DNA of 63,441 nt, the filler included, from Licmophora abbreviata (Eukaryota), in the NCBI GenBank assembly GCA_900291995.1. It is 9 parts of 9 records of this genome, joined end to end, with 100 filler letters (N's around TTAATTAATTAA, not from the genome) between each part and the next. Parts side by side here need not be neighbours in the genome. Positions count along the whole stretch, not along the records: positions 1 to 12,952 come from OLMU01002945.1; positions 13,053 to 20,150 come from OLMU01002948.1; positions 20,251 to 30,303 come from OLMU01002949.1; 6 more parts are not named here. The stretch is one strand, 5' to 3'. This document shows positions 11,697 to 24,687 of this stretch, piece after piece. Within the stretch, counting starts at the first letter, position 1; each line of letters starts with the position of its first letter. Under the pieces are notes generated by a model, which searched no databases, had not been told where the DNA came from, and saw nothing but the letters and a program-made list of their open reading frames with translations. Both the position numbers and the translations under genes were made by a program.

Positions 11697-12941
11697 ATGG
11701 TAAATTTTCGAATCGGCCACCGCAAGAATCATAAGAAACACGGCGCGTCAACGGCAGCCGCAGGAACACCCTTGTCAGCACCCACCGTCCATGAGTTGCC
11801 GGCGGCGACATCACCCGCAGCAATGGCGTCGGGGCGTCGTCAGTATCAACCACCGACGCCTAAACAAGGCTCGAGGGGCAAGATGGGGAACAAAGCTGAT
11901 GATCAGAGCACTGACAAGTACGCTCCAGTGCTGAGTCAACAGTCCTCGGGTGCCTCTTCGATAGGAGATGCATTGGGAGCTGAAGGTACCAATAGCTACT
12001 ACTTGAGCAGTACCGACGCTGATGAGGACATGTCGCGGTCCTACAATGTCATGTCAGCATCGACTGGCTTTTCTACTGGTGAAGGACAACGAGATGGAAT
12101 ACTCATGTGGAACGACTCTTCTGAATTCTATTATACCAAGCAAAAGTATGCATACTTTTCGTTGATCATTACGGCGCTGCAAGTCCTCGTGCTCATGATG
12201 CAGCTAGCCCTCTGCGGGGTCGCGCCACTCGACGTCAATCCCATGGTAGGCCCCTTCCCGGACGCATTCAGTGAGTGGGGAGGCAAGAATGCATATTGGA
12301 TCCAACAAGATCTACAGCTCTGGAGGTTCGTCTCCCCCGCTCTATTGCAGGTCGGCGTCTTGCACTTGTTGTGTAATGCGGTAGTGCAGATGGAAACGTG
12401 TGCATTCTTCGAACGTGAATGGGGAAGTTTCCGATGGCTCCTAATTTATATCTTGAGTGAAGTCGGATGTATCACTTGCTCTTGTGTGGCCAGCCCGGAT
12501 ACGATTGCAGTGGGGAGCAGCGGCGCCTTGATGGGACTCTTTGGTGCCAAAGTAGCACAAGTCTTTTCCCACACTTGCTTTGACAATTACACACGGCCCA
12601 ACGAAGAATCGATACGGGTAGAGCACTTGTCCAATGTCTTGTGTTCTCTCGTGGTCATCAGCGTCTTGTCCTTTGTGAACTACATTGACTGGAGTGGACA
12701 TATAGGTGGACTGGCGACTGGATTGGTGGTTGGCATGTGGATATTTAGTATGAAGATTCGAAGTTGGTGTATCCGATTCTTATGGAGTCTACTCGGATTG
12801 ACACTTACGATTGGGGGATTGGGCGCGGGCATGTACCTGTTCTGGACCTTTGTCGAGACGGATGCCGAACTGGCGAATGTGTGTGAGTACTTTCGAAATC
12901 TCTTTGTCGAAGACTACAACTGCGACTGTTACTGGCAGTAA
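11697..12941 (+). CDS. Rhomboid intramembrane serine protease
   Basis: NPMVGP, LWRF, HLLCN, catalytic VGSSG and WSGHIGG motifs. About 7 TM segments and a Cys-rich tail. Confidence 0.92.
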   Translation: MVNFRIGHRKNHKKHGASTAAAGTPLSAPTVHELPAATSPAAMASGRRQYQPPTPKQGSRGKMGNKADDQSTDKYAPVLSQQSSGASSIGDALGAEGTNSYYLSSTDADEDMSRSYNVMSASTGFSTGEGQRDGILMWNDSSEFYYTKQKYAYFSLIITALQVLVLMMQLALCGVAPLDVNPMVGPFPDAFSEWGGKNAYWIQQDLQLWRFVSPALLQVGVLHLLCNAVVQMETCAFFEREWGSFRWLLIYILSEVGCITCSCVASPDTIAVGSSGALMGLFGAKVAQVFSHTCFDNYTRPNEESIRVEHLSNVLCSLVVISVLSFVNYIDWSGHIGGLATGLVVGMWIFSMKIRSWCIRFLWSLLGLTLTIGGLGAGMYLFWTFVETDAELANVCEYFRNLFVEDYNCDCYWQ

Positions 12942-12952
12942 TTATATTGGAA

Positions 12953-13052
12953 NNNNNNNNNNNNNNNNNNNNNNNNNNNNNNNNNNNNNNNNNNNNTTAA
13001 TTAATTAANNNNNNNNNNNNNNNNNNNNNNNNNNNNNNNNNNNNNNNNNNNN
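12953..13052. other. Assembly gap linker
   Basis: N44-TTAATTAATTAA-N44, which places stops in all six frames. Confidence 0.98.
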
Positions 13053-14255
13053 GAGGTGCAGATCGCTTCACAGCTTGATCGGGTAGTGTTTCTTTCTTCG
13101 AAGCTTCTTCGGCAAGCTCGGTCTTGAATCGACGATCTGTCCTACGGCAGCTAAAAGTGTCTGACGTTAACTCGTGGACTCGATGTCCATGCGACGTATG
13201 TCGTTTCAACTGTAAAACGATAGAAGATTTGGAGACGTTAGACATCTGGCAACCAATCACTTTGCGGGTACAACGTTCACTCTCGGCACAACACGTACGG
13301 TCTTCCGCACACCCGGATTCAATAGAAGTGGCAGCGCCAATTTCACACTCTGTTTGCTTGTCATGGCTTCCAGATTCGCAACCAGGGTCTCGTCTCTCCC
13401 GATACAACAGTCTTGAATAGGTACTGAGTTAATTAGCTCCACGCCCTTCTCGAGCGGTCGGCAGAAACCGGTATACGTCTGCTCCGCTAGTACAGGAGTA
13501 GTCGCAAGGTCGGGTATTCGCTTGAGAACCTCTGATACACGTAGAGAATCATCCTCATTGTACGAGATATGTATGACTTCAAACTTCTTGTTCACAGGAC
13601 TGAGCAGGAGAATGAGAGCCGTCATCCATTCGGGGTTTTCATCTTTCGGCCTTTCCCGTATTCGTTGGATCGGTTTCCCTTCCTCGTCGGCAAATCTAAC
13701 TTTTCTCTCGGCAGAGTCAACGGCAGCCGAATCACCGATGTATTCACCGAAAGCCGCTTCTTCTCCGTCTTCCTCATCAATTTCAAACGAGAACTCGGGC
13801 CATGGCCATACCCATTTCTCTTCCACGCAGACATTATGTGATGCAGAACTCAGTCCGCTCAGTACCCGCCTTCTGTATTGACTCGTCTGTGAAGTGAATA
13901 CTTCCAACTGCGATGATTGATCCGGGGAGGAGGGTCGAAACTGCATTGCAATTGTTGAACCAAAGCCTCTGTCGTCGAAAGGTGGCAGCGTCAGATCTCC
14001 GTCTCCCGAAAATCTGGAGTTCCCATCGTCGTTCTCGTCGTCTTCCGAATCTGTGGTTAAATTAGGACTTGAGTAGCTAACATCAATCATCTTGAGGTCA
14101 TCACTCCCGTCATCCTGACCCTCATTACCTTCTTCCGGAAACCCCAACCTTTGACCTCGCTTACTGGAGAAGAGCTTCCGTAGTGACCTCCTACCGGTTC
14201 GCCTAGGCTGGCTCTCTTCCGGATTTCTCAGCGTGACGTACCCCCTCTTGCTCAT
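13053..14255 (-). CDS. Hypothetical protein, paralog A (disordered acidic N-terminus, RKVRFADEEGK motif, conserved C-terminal domain); 3' end runs into the gap
   Basis: 332-aa ORF plus a probable downstream exon (TDRRFKTELAEE...). Clearly similar to the adjacent gene. Confidence 0.7.
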
Positions 14256-14695
14256 TGCAGACTGACAAGAAAGTGCAACACCTCAGACGAGGTAAAAACA
14301 TCAGTGTACACTTTCTCACAGTCGCCCCTCACGTGGTCTCATATGCGCAATACGCGTACACGACGATAACCGATATCACGTAAGGTTGTTGGCTGTCTCG
14401 CAATGTGGTGGTGGTTTCGGAGATGGCGCTGCCGGGTCATGTGTTTCGCTTCGCGCGCCAACTTCGAAATCTGAAGCGAGCCAAATCCGGAGTAGCGCTG
14501 CGATTCACGCGTGTCGGGTATATGAATATTTACATTTTAGTACTTCGACACATGGCGATTCTACGTTCAAACCAATATTGAATCTACGGTCAAAAGAGAC
14601 TAGACCTTTTTACACATACAACTTGGAGGTACCTCTCGACGATTAGAGGAACCTCATCGGCACCGTAACCGATACTTCGTTTGACGATGAAAGCC

Positions 14696-15845
14696 TTAGG
14701 CGGTCAATTGAAGCGCCATGCTCTCAAACCCGTTATCTTCTGAAATGTGATCCCATTGGCTGTGTAGCTTGTGGAGCCGAAAGCCGTCAATTCTCGAGTA
14801 GGCCTTGATCTGTAATCGAGAAACAAAAGTATAGAACAAATTAGACACCACTGTCACACCTCCAATCGACGCTTGCGGCATAGTCAATATCAGCACTTAC
14901 TCTCTTCAATACAAGCCGATCGTCGAGAAGTGTATTGGAAATGTGTACAATTTCTTTGCGCGTCATACCCCAAGGAATAGCCACAAGAAACTCGTCTCGA
15001 TCCAACCCACAATCCTGAATCGCCAGCAGGTTGAGGAGCTCCACCCCCTTCAAATTAGATCTACAAATGCCAACATACTCCTGGCAGGCCAGCTCTGGTG
15101 TCAAGGCCAAATCGGGGAGCCGTCCAAGGACTGATTTGAGGGGCAAATGGTCATCGTCATGGAACGATATATGCACAACTTCGAATTTCTTCTCGTCAGG
15201 TGCCAAGAGAAGCACAAAGGCTGTATTCCAGTTGAGCTCGAACCGATCGCGTCGTTCGGTGATATATGTCTTCGTCATGGCCTTTCCTTCCTCGTCGGCG
15301 AATCGGACGCGGCGTTGCGAAGAGGTAGTCGATACAGTCGACAAGCCTGCGACTGATGAATCGCAGTCGTGGATGGTGCTGTCGACAGTACTATCGACAG
15401 TGTCCCCAGCGACGCTCGCAGTGGACAAAAGAGGAAAGTCTCCGTGTTTGTGAGGCTCCAGCGAAATGCTCTTGGTGAATGTCGGAGTCTTCAATAATGA
15501 TACGGGCCTCGGAGGTAGACACTCCTCCTCTGGGGTCGTGGGTTCTGTCTCGTCGATGGTCGCTAGTTCCGAGAAGGGACATGAATCGTCATTCGAAGAG
15601 GGAAGAGACAGGAGCTCCTCAGGGTCTGTCAAAGGATCGGTCGAGTCAGATGAAAAGCTCTTCAACGATCCGCTCTCGAACAAGTCCAGGCTGCCGCCAT
15701 CAGAGCCGTCGTGCATCAGAGTTTTGCTATTGCGCACGCAGCAGAGCTTCCCGAGCGACTGGCGACAACGATGCCACTCCAGACGTCGGAGCATCTTAGT
15801 CTCTCTTTGGCGCTCGAGCAGCAGTGAGTTGTGGAATGACTCCAT
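14696..15845 (-). CDS. Hypothetical protein, paralog B (RRVRFADEEGK motif plus the same C-terminal domain); 2 exons
   Basis: Shares W.TA..LLL.P..KKFEV.HIS and GVEL.N...IQDC...RDE.LVA with paralog A. An intron GTAAGT (about 14900)...TTACAG leads to IKAYSR...LTA*. Confidence 0.72.
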
Positions 15846-16363
15846 GATAGTTGAGTCTCCGCGCTAAATCAGGCTTTACTCAGGCGATAGGAGTATCACG
15901 AGCACACATGGAACATGGCATTTTCTTTCATTGGCCAACATGGTGGTAAAAGAAGGAGTGGCATCGCAGCAACTGCCAAATTTCTTATACTGCCTTACGC
16001 TTTGTAGAAATAAATAGCGATACTAACTGTCCGACACTATGATTATCGGGTCTGAATCTCGAATCGAATCACTTAAAATTCATATGTTCAGGCCTGACGA
16101 AGACTAAAAAGCCTGCTCTACTCGTGATTTAGACAATTTCGTAGATATTGCCGTTGGCGTGCTATTATGTATGAAACACATATTTCTATCTTCATATAGA
16201 CTGCTACTGTTATTCAAGAGTCATTCACGCGATTTTTGAAATGAGGTTGGTTCCTGAAAAATACGTGTATCATATCTACATTAACACTTGGTAATGACAA
16301 ACCTCCTCTCTCCCGTGATGAGCGAAAGGCGCGCTTCTCTCTATTTGTTAGGGGTATCGCAAG

Positions 16364-19300
16364 CTAGCTGAGCTCGGACATATCCATGTGCCGCATCGAT
16401 TCGGTCCTTGGAAAAGCACTCAGTTGCTGCGCCATGTTGCACCGGTGCCCGCACCCCGTCGGGCAGAATTCACGAATGGCCTTCCCACCTACACCACCGA
16501 ACCACTCGAGAGCATGATCGAGATGCCCCCCGTGACCGCATCCGGGGCACCACACATATACGCCCTTCACTGGTTCGTGGCATAGAAAACAAAACCCTAT
16601 CCGCCTTCGGCAACTACTGCAGGACCGCCGCACGGTAACATCGTTGATGTCTCTGCTACCTGCAAATCCATCTTGACCATGTAGAATAGGCTTCCGACAG
16701 TGAGGACACGATTCATGAATTGTCGTTGACTGTTGGTTGAGGGCACTGACAACTGAGTCGTTGCACCTTCCGATCAAGGACGATGCGTGTGAGAAGAGGC
16801 ACATCTGCTGCAGAAGATCAATATAAGATAGATACCACTCTCGTACAAAGTTGCGATCGAGTCCAGGCAATCGTGTGGTCGAGCTGTCGGAGGATCCTGG
16901 TTCCATCACTTGCAGTACTTCGCAAAGCGCGACGCACGTCTGTACATCTCCTGCATTCGCCCGCTCTTCGAGCAGTGACTTGACGGTCGGCAGCAATACA
17001 AACTGCATCGCGTTCCCTGAACACGAATCTTGTTTAGGAAGGGAATCCAGTCCAGAACCTTTCAACATTGACGACACTATTCTCCACATTCGAGCAAGTG
17101 CACCGCAAGAGAGTCGATCCGCGACGTCTCCATTGTGTAGACATAGGTCGACCTGAGTATGACAGGTGTCGTCCGGGCGTAGTTTGTAAGACTCTGCGAA
17201 ACGAGACAAGTGGACGACTTCCGGGGCGATAGTAATGGCCGACTCAGAAGTCACAGGATTCCCGTGTCTATCGAGATCGCCTTGGTCCACAACATTGAAC
17301 GCAAGTTTCAAAGGCATTGCTACGCGACAAACGTGTGCGACAAAGTTGGCATTGGTAACCTCAAAATTGATAACACGCAAACGAACCTAAACTGCAACGT
17401 ACCAGGGTGCCGAGTGCCAGAAATCTGCCGCTCCTCTTCATATTTAAGGGATGTGTACTCGCCGGTTGGAAGGGCGTCCTCCTTGAAGACACCGGGCGCG
17501 TGCGCGGTAACATCGTCCCGCCGCAGGCCAGTAAGAGCAAAGTCCTGCTTCGTTCTTGATGGTACCGATTGGTGTACAGAGAAGAACTGCAACGACCCAT
17601 ACCCACTCTGAAAGGGGAAAGGTTTGCCATCGCGAAACACGAGGGAGGTACACGGGAAATAGGTCGATCGCCTTTGCGTAAAAAGCAAGCGAGATGTGTC
17701 AGAGCTAGTGTGTTGGGCCGATGACTAGCGAGGGTTTGTACACACGGCAAACATCTGCCACACACCTCGCGCAAAACTCTGTAGCAGACAGCGTCCGTCA
17801 CGTCCTACACTCAAAACGTGCTGCCAAATTTGACCCCTCAGTCGATCTACCTCTTCTATTCGATCATGCATGCCTTCCTTCTTTGGCTCTTCGAGTTCTC
17901 GCCCGCGGGCGAGAAGTGTCAGCGACGATGCACTAAGAGATTTTCTCAAAGGACTACCAGAGCCGTCTGATAACGCATCTGTCAGACTGTTTCGTCTTTC
18001 AGGTCCGGCCATCTGCGAGTATTCCTGAGGCGTGTCGACCCAGACAAAATCAACGACGGGACCTTCTTGGTGCCCCTCTACGACACTAAGGGCCATAAAA
18101 GGCCGATGATGTGACCATAGACTGACAAAGCCATTGCCTCCGGAGCTCGTTCCCTTGATTGGTACGGTTGCGACCGCAAGCATGCCGTCATGGGGATCCT
18201 CCACAGGCGAAGAGAAGTCTTCACCGATATAGGAAAAGGCAGGCGGCCGCCAAACGACTCGAGTGACTGATGCCGATATGGAAAGGACGTGTAGAGCCGC
18301 TGCCATTTTGCTGTGTCGAGAAATCGACAATGTTCCGGTTCCATGCGATGAATAGTTTCGAAGCAAGCCCAGTGAGGCCGCCCCAGAGCCAGATGACTCG
18401 GCCGAAACAAGAGGATGAGCGTGCACCCTGTGAGAAATGCGACAAAAGAGAGTGAGTATGCACCCCTTGCATGTGAACAATAAACGCCAGCTTTTGAGTC
18501 CTACATTGGTCGTGGGAGGGCAACCTCATCGCCCGCCGACAAATCGGAAGCACCGGAATCGCTAAAGCTATTCTCAGACTTCGCGGTGTTTGAGTTTTGT
18601 AAAGTGCTTCGCCGATCAAGTGACATTTTGCTCTCAAGGTCCCAGACTGTTGATGCAGAGGAAACGGTCGGACTACAATAGTGAGACGAACGGATGTTAA
18701 CTTGATTGGTCCACCGCTTGTCCGATTCACGTACTCTTGACGGAACGATCGTTAGCACCACCCGTCGCGATGACGTATTTTCGCGTCGGATGCCAGTCAA
18801 GAGTGCTCGCGTCACCAGAATGAGCCGTGATACGAACCCAAGCGGTCTTTGGAAGTTGAAGGTTGTAAACAATGAGATAGCCACTGGCTGTCACAACAGC
18901 AAAGACTGACAAATTCGTAGCCAGATTGTTAGATTTCCTCTGCGCTTTAAAGGCAACGACGGTCAGTCTCATACTACTTACTATCGTCAAAGAATGGGCT
19001 CCATTTCACATCTCGAACTGCCTCGCTTTTAGGTTCAAACGATGCTCTGCACTGCCATGAATATAGATTGCTACCTGAAGCGGGAGTGTTGACGTTCAGT
19101 CCGAACCAGGTTGTCTTCCGGGCAGGGGCTTGCGAAGCAAAGGTACCAGGCTGCGAGGCTGTGGTACGCTCCCATAATTTAATGGTGGAATCTTGTGATG
19201 CGGTCAACAGATAAGCTGGGAATGCACCTGTAGGATGCCACGCAAGACGGTTCACGGCTCGAGAATGCTGGGTGAGGACAGCCTGTGGCTGAGCTGACCC

Positions 19301-19902
19301 TTTGGTTCCCTCTAGAAACGCCGCGCGAGCATTCCACACAACGACCACACCATTGGATCCAGCGGCTGCCACCAGTGAGTCTCGATCATCGTCATTCTCT
19401 ACTCCCGCACTCTGCTCAGTAGCATCTCCTTTCGTGGCATATGAAAGCTGCGGCATGCTCCAAGCGACATCCTCAACGCTGACCGTGACATTCTGTGGCG
19501 ACGCAGGTTGTGCTTTAGCTAGACCGAACGTATCCCTGACATCCCCGACGGGTCTTCCACCCCGAGACCTACCAATGGATTGACTCGTTGTTGCTGCGAC
19601 TGACGTCGACGTTTGAAAGTGCTGCGAAAGAACAAAAACAGAGGTTCACCGAAAGCATGAGTCTTTCCCCAATTGTAGTGTCCCGACAACATGAGAGTGC
19701 AAGGTCGCTCTGAACACACCTGACTGATTCTAACTGATCTTATCTGTTTTAGCCCTTCAGGATCCACAGAGACGACATGCAGTGTATCTTTCCCAGCGAC
19801 GATAGCGTGTTGTCTCGTCGGTGACATGGCAATCGCCTTGTAGCCCGGATGAGCGGCACGATTTGGCAGCGATGCCGCCACTGGATTCCTTTCTTGACTC
19901 AT
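16364..19902 (-). CDS. WDR24: WDR24/Sea2 (Rtc1) GATOR2-SEACAT subunit; multi-exon
   Basis: WD40 segments HSRAVNRLAWHP, ASQDSTIKLW, EAVRDVKWSP and AHSG..TLDWHP. GDVQTCV and W..SYIDLL segments. C-terminal RING (CFLCHEPVKGVYVWCPGCGHGGH...CPTGCGHRC). One-base frameshift near 17612. Confidence 0.9.
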
Positions 19903-20150
19903 TTTAGGATCACAGAGTGTCAAGAATAGTCACCAACGACTTATCCGCGCCTTTCTCCCTCTCGCCTGCCAACTACAGCTACAACAAGCTGCTCGTCGTC
20001 ATGGTCTGCTTGTTCGGTCGAACTAAGATCCCGAAAAGAAGAACAGATTGAAGATGATGAAGTGCGGAAATTCCAAATTCCAAACGTCGAAGATCCGGCC
20101 CTGCGCATTTTCTTCGCCTCGCCGTTGTGGACACTCGAGCGTCTGTGATG

Positions 20151-20250
20151 NNNNNNNNNNNNNNNNNNNNNNNNNNNNNNNNNNNNNNNNNNNNTTAATT
20201 AATTAANNNNNNNNNNNNNNNNNNNNNNNNNNNNNNNNNNNNNNNNNNNN
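20151..20250. other. Assembly gap linker
   Basis: N44-TTAATTAATTAA-N44. Confidence 0.98.
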
Positions 20251-20492
20251 TATCTTTCGAAGAATCTTCACAGGAACGATCAGGTTGCCACGTAGTCAGC
20301 GGGCTTTTTCTTTCTCCCGCAACAACAATTTCACCGCCAAACACCCACGAATGGCCTTTCACAGATGTTTCATTGGCGTTCATTCTTCACCACAAATTCA
20401 ATACCAATTTCCGTATCGTGCTCCATTGATAGGCTCTGCAAAGCCGTTCTAGAGCTTTTTCGACCCCCAACTCCTTCCAAAACTTCGAAACC

Positions 20493-21956
20493 ATGTTGGC
20501 AGCCCGCATCCTCGGACACCAAGGCAAGACGACCCTCGTCCATGCCGTCCAACGTTCTGTAGCCCATCAGGCACCTTCTGCGATCGCCAACGTGGCTCTT
20601 CTTCGCCAGTTCTCTGCTTCAAGCGCAACTGACCCTCATACACCACCGACAACCAAGAACTTCTCCACCCTGATGGCCGAAGACGTCGTCAACAGCAACT
20701 CTGTGAAAGGAACTGTCTCCAAAACTCTGCAAGCCCTCGACATGGCTGTTGTGCGCCAGATCAAGTCAGAGCTGATGGAGGTGGACGCCAACTCGGATGG
20801 CAGGTATGTCCAGCAGGCAGGCAACATCGCTGCAATGGAGCAACAACGAGACCTCTCGGTATTAGCATATTGCTGACGCGGACGCCACTCCGCCATGCTA
20901 TCTTTCTCTATTATGTTACATAGGATCGATGCCGATGAACTCAAGCGTTTGATGCGAAAGCACAACACTGCGTTCACTGACGACGAAATCGTTGAGATCG
21001 GCGAGCTCTTTTACGCCGGCAAGGCAGGCGGCAGTGTGTCCATTGAAAGGTTCATTGAAGCCATTGACCACGCCGCCGCCACCAGCGACGCCTCCAACAT
21101 TCGCAAGAATGACGAAAAGACGGAGCATTTCAAGGAAACCGGACGTCACCCTCTGGGCGTCGGTCGTTGCAGCTTGGAATACATGTTTCCCAAGTCGCAC
21201 GGACACTACACGCAGGAGGAACTTGACGTGAAACTCACTCACGTCGAGCCCGTTGGGATACGCGACCGTCTGGCTCTCGGCGCCGTCAAGGGCGTGCGTG
21301 GTATCTTTGATTACCTTACCGGCTGGACGAATGACAAGATCACTGCCCATCAGATATTGCAGCGAGCCATCTTTCTTGAAACCATCGCTGCTGTTCCAGG
21401 CATGGTAGCGGCGATTGTGCGTCACTTTAAGAGCCTGCGTACCATGGAGCGCGACGGTGGAATGCTCAACATGTTCCTAGAAGAAGCCAACAACGAGCGA
21501 ATGCACCTCTTGACGTTCGTGCGAATGAAGAACCCGTCGACTTTGTTCCGTGCATCTGTTATTGGTAGCCAATTTGGCTTTGGAAGTGTTTTCCTTCTCT
21601 CCTACATCATTTCTCCCAAGTTCTGTCACCGTTTTGTGGGTTATGTGGAGGAAGAAGCCTGCACGACTTACACCAAGATCATCAAAGCCATCGAAGAAGC
21701 TCCCGAGGGATCGGAGCTTGCGGCCTGGCGCTCCGAGAAGGCACCCAATATCGCCATTTCATACTGGAAGCTTGGTGAGCACGGAACGGTGCTTGACCTA
21801 ATGTATGCCGTTCGAGCCGACGAAGCCGAGCACCGAGATGTGAATCATCTGGTAAGCGGCATGCAAGAGGGCCAGGTCAATCCGTTGTACGACCCGGAGG
21901 CCAAGCTAGATGTCATGTTGCGGAAGTACGTCCAGGACATCATGGCGAAGCAGTAA
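20493..21956 (+). CDS. AOX: Mitochondrial alternative oxidase with N-terminal EF-hand region; 2 exons
   Basis: Intron 20804-20923. Di-iron motifs LETIAAVPGM, EEANNERMHL, FVGYVEEEA and RADEAEHRDVNH. Arg/Ser-rich mitochondrial-type presequence. Spliced EF loop DANSDGRIDADE. Confidence 0.95.
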
Positions 21957-22437
21957 GACGTAGTAGATAGAATATCGTATCAACGGGAAGTGTGGTCGAA
22001 TCGGATCCATTCTCGGACGAAACGTTTAGTTCATGAGAAACATTCAAAAGCATTTCGCTGATTCAACTAGATAAATGTCTTTTCCTTGAAAAGCACCAAC
22101 TATCAAAGTGTTAGTCAAGTAGCACTCCATTCGTCCTGATCTCTTAGATGGTTGGTGGTTGTTGTGGTGTCATGTGACGAACCCCACAACCCGGAAGTTG
22201 ATGCATATCTTCTTGGAGCTGGTTGAACGCGCGCGACGCCTCTCGCGCGATCCTCACAAAATTGGCGCACGTCATTTTTTGTCGTCGAGGTGCACTCTGT
22301 GTCGGCTCCGTGGTGTCGTGCATTGTCTATACCATTGACAGCACCAGCTTGTGTGTGTTTGATTGTTGCTCTTGCCATCCCTGTCTGCCCCCCCAAAACC
22401 AGCCTCCGTTGCTTTATTTCGCAATTGCAATACTAGA

Positions 22438-23432
22438 ATGTCTCTGGCTCCGCCCGCTCTGGCGACGTTGGCCGTCGCTGGCATGATCAAGGTGGGTATG
22501 CGAATGCAAGCGCCTCCACCTCCACCCCCACCACCTGAGTCGCATTTTGACTTACAAAAACCGTACGAAGCCTTCTTTCGCTTGAACGAGCCAACGCGTT
22601 TCTTTGTGAGTGGCAACCTTGGAAACGTGATCTTCTACTATATCGAACGTCTGGTTGCCGTGCTATTGACGAAGTTTGCCGACCTGCCTAAGAATGTGCA
22701 GGAGTATCAAGATAGTCTTTCTTTCTTTATTGCCTACATGATCCAAGTTATCAGTCAGCATTGGCTGCATGCGTTGCTTGTGTACGGTCTGCACACAATC
22801 GACACAAGAGAAAAGTATCTGAAGACGTTGGCTGGACAGTACTCGGCGTACGTTGCGGTTTGTTGAATGTCCTTGCACCCTGTTGTTAAACGGAAAACTG
22901 ACCTCACCTATCTTCTTTTCCTTTCCGAACCCATAGTTATATGGGCTCGCTGGTCGGATCTACCTTGCTCAATACGTTCTTTATCAAAGTTCTGGAATTG
23001 AACAAGACAGTAGCGTTTATTGTCACGCTGTGGACGTTCGCCTGCGTCAACTACTTTCTCATCGGGTGGATTGTGCGAAAGGGGCAAGAGACATCTCTGA
23101 CGCTAGAAGAGAAAACAAAGCAGGATATCGTCAAAGCAAAGGCCAAGGCCATTGCAAAAGAGAAACGAGACCGGGAAAGGGTCGAGGCGCAACGGAAAAA
23201 GACGGCAGAGAAGTTGGCAAAGGATAAGGCAAACGCGCTAAAGCAGCGAGCAGCCGAGCTGCAAAAGAAAAAGGAACAACATGCGGAGAAGAGATCTGCA
23301 GCTACAAAAACACTGCTAGGAAGGTTTCGCGGTGGAGAAACGTCCATGTCGTTCCGGTCGTGCAACGTCGACGACGAAGCTTCGCTCCGGAGCTTCATTC
23401 TTTCTGTATCGGACCCTGTCAGGATCGAATAA
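22438..23432 (+). CDS. Hypothetical membrane protein (about 4 TM, loosely GtrA-like) with Lys/Glu coiled-coil tail; 2 exons
   Basis: RFFVSG.LGN followed by TM segments. A GT-AG intron at about 22849-22936 joins two ORFs. Confidence 0.55.
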
Positions 23433-23802
23433 TGTAGAGTGCTACTTGGGTTTGTAGATGTGAGAGCGCAGAAAATATAGCGCCTTAAGAAAATGTGCTA
23501 CAATGTGTTACGCAAGCTCTGGATAAACATGTTAGACTCTACATTCGATGCGACATTCCAATCCACTCTCGGAACTGCCCAAAGGGGGCTTGAGCGGCCC
23601 ATAACCCCAAACCGCCAAAAGTTATGCGCGGTTCGATGATGGCGACGCTTGATGTGATGATGTGATCCCAATCCTCTTGCTGAACAAGCGAGGTGTCTCT
23701 CCTGACCAATTATCGCATGAGTCTTAGCTGGATGAGTACGGGGTTGTGCCTTCACTCCGTGCTCTCTGCTGCTGCGTCTCGCAAACCTAGTCAGAAGTGT
23801 CA

Positions 23803-24687
23803 ATGAAAGATCGCTGGGAATCAAACGCTCGTCGCGCATCGCTACGTGTGGCATCGCACCGCCCTACGCTATCGATCCAGGATGAAGATGCCGAGCTTCA
23901 ACAGCTGCATCAAAGGTTTCCCCAGGCAACACAAGAAGAGCGGGTTCGGTTTCTCAAGGCTTGCAAGGGCGATCTAGACTTTGCCACGAAAGAGCTCAAG
24001 TACTATCTCGACTGGCGTGACACGAACGATCTTGAGTCACAAGCAGGCGCGCGCGGTGGTCCTCCAATTGACAGTGATGACTGGTCGTATGCATCTGCCA
24101 AAGCCCTGGAAGCCATGTCACACGATCCGGATGATATGAGGAAGAGCACGATTAAACATCGAACTCACTCTCCCACTAGTTTGCCAAATGTGGTACGCAT
24201 GTATTACGACGAGAACGGAGAGCCGCTCAAGGCCAAAGACGAAACTATGGTGTTGCAGGTCCTTCCCGCCCTACTGGATAAAACGCTTGCATCAAACGAG
24301 TGCTATGCTCTTGCGATGGCATTCTATCTCGACCGAAAATTTGACCGATCCAGTCTCTCAACCGGGACCCTGTTGATTGACGTGCGTCCAGGAAACGATT
24401 GGCCAAATCCATCTGCAAAGCACCTGGTGCCCTTTATCAAAGAAGTCGCTCGGATGCTGCCAAAGTTATTCGCAGAGCGACTCAGCACATGCTTGGTGTA
24501 TCCAGTGCCTGGCATGGCAAAGTTTCTGTGGTTTGCGATTCGTCCCCTACTTTCGGAAGCCATCTCCGGTCAAGTAGCACTCGTCGCGGGGGGCAATGGT
24601 CTGAACGCCCCTCCGCCTCGCGACCTGGACAAACATGTAGACAAGGGAGTGGTTGATCAGCTAGAGACGGGACGCAAATCTTCGTAA
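23803..24687 (+). CDS. CRAL-TRIO (Sec14-like) lipid-binding protein, copy 1
   Basis: RFLKA.K.D...A...L..YL.WR N-domain, LLIDVR, and F.ERL..CLVYPVP..A..LW..IRPLL. Confidence 0.82.
   Translation: MKDRWESNARRASLRVASHRPTLSIQDEDAELQQLHQRFPQATQEERVRFLKACKGDLDFATKELKYYLDWRDTNDLESQAGARGGPPIDSDDWSYASAKALEAMSHDPDDMRKSTIKHRTHSPTSLPNVVRMYYDENGEPLKAKDETMVLQVLPALLDKTLASNECYALAMAFYLDRKFDRSSLSTGTLLIDVRPGNDWPNPSAKHLVPFIKEVARMLPKLFAERLSTCLVYPVPGMAKFLWFAIRPLLSEAISGQVALVAGGNGLNAPPPRDLDKHVDKGVVDQLETGRKSS

Noticed and set aside
16364..19902. GATOR2 subunit WDR24 in an alga as a novelty
   Set aside because: SEA/GATOR components are broadly distributed in eukaryotes, so this is ordinary conserved content.
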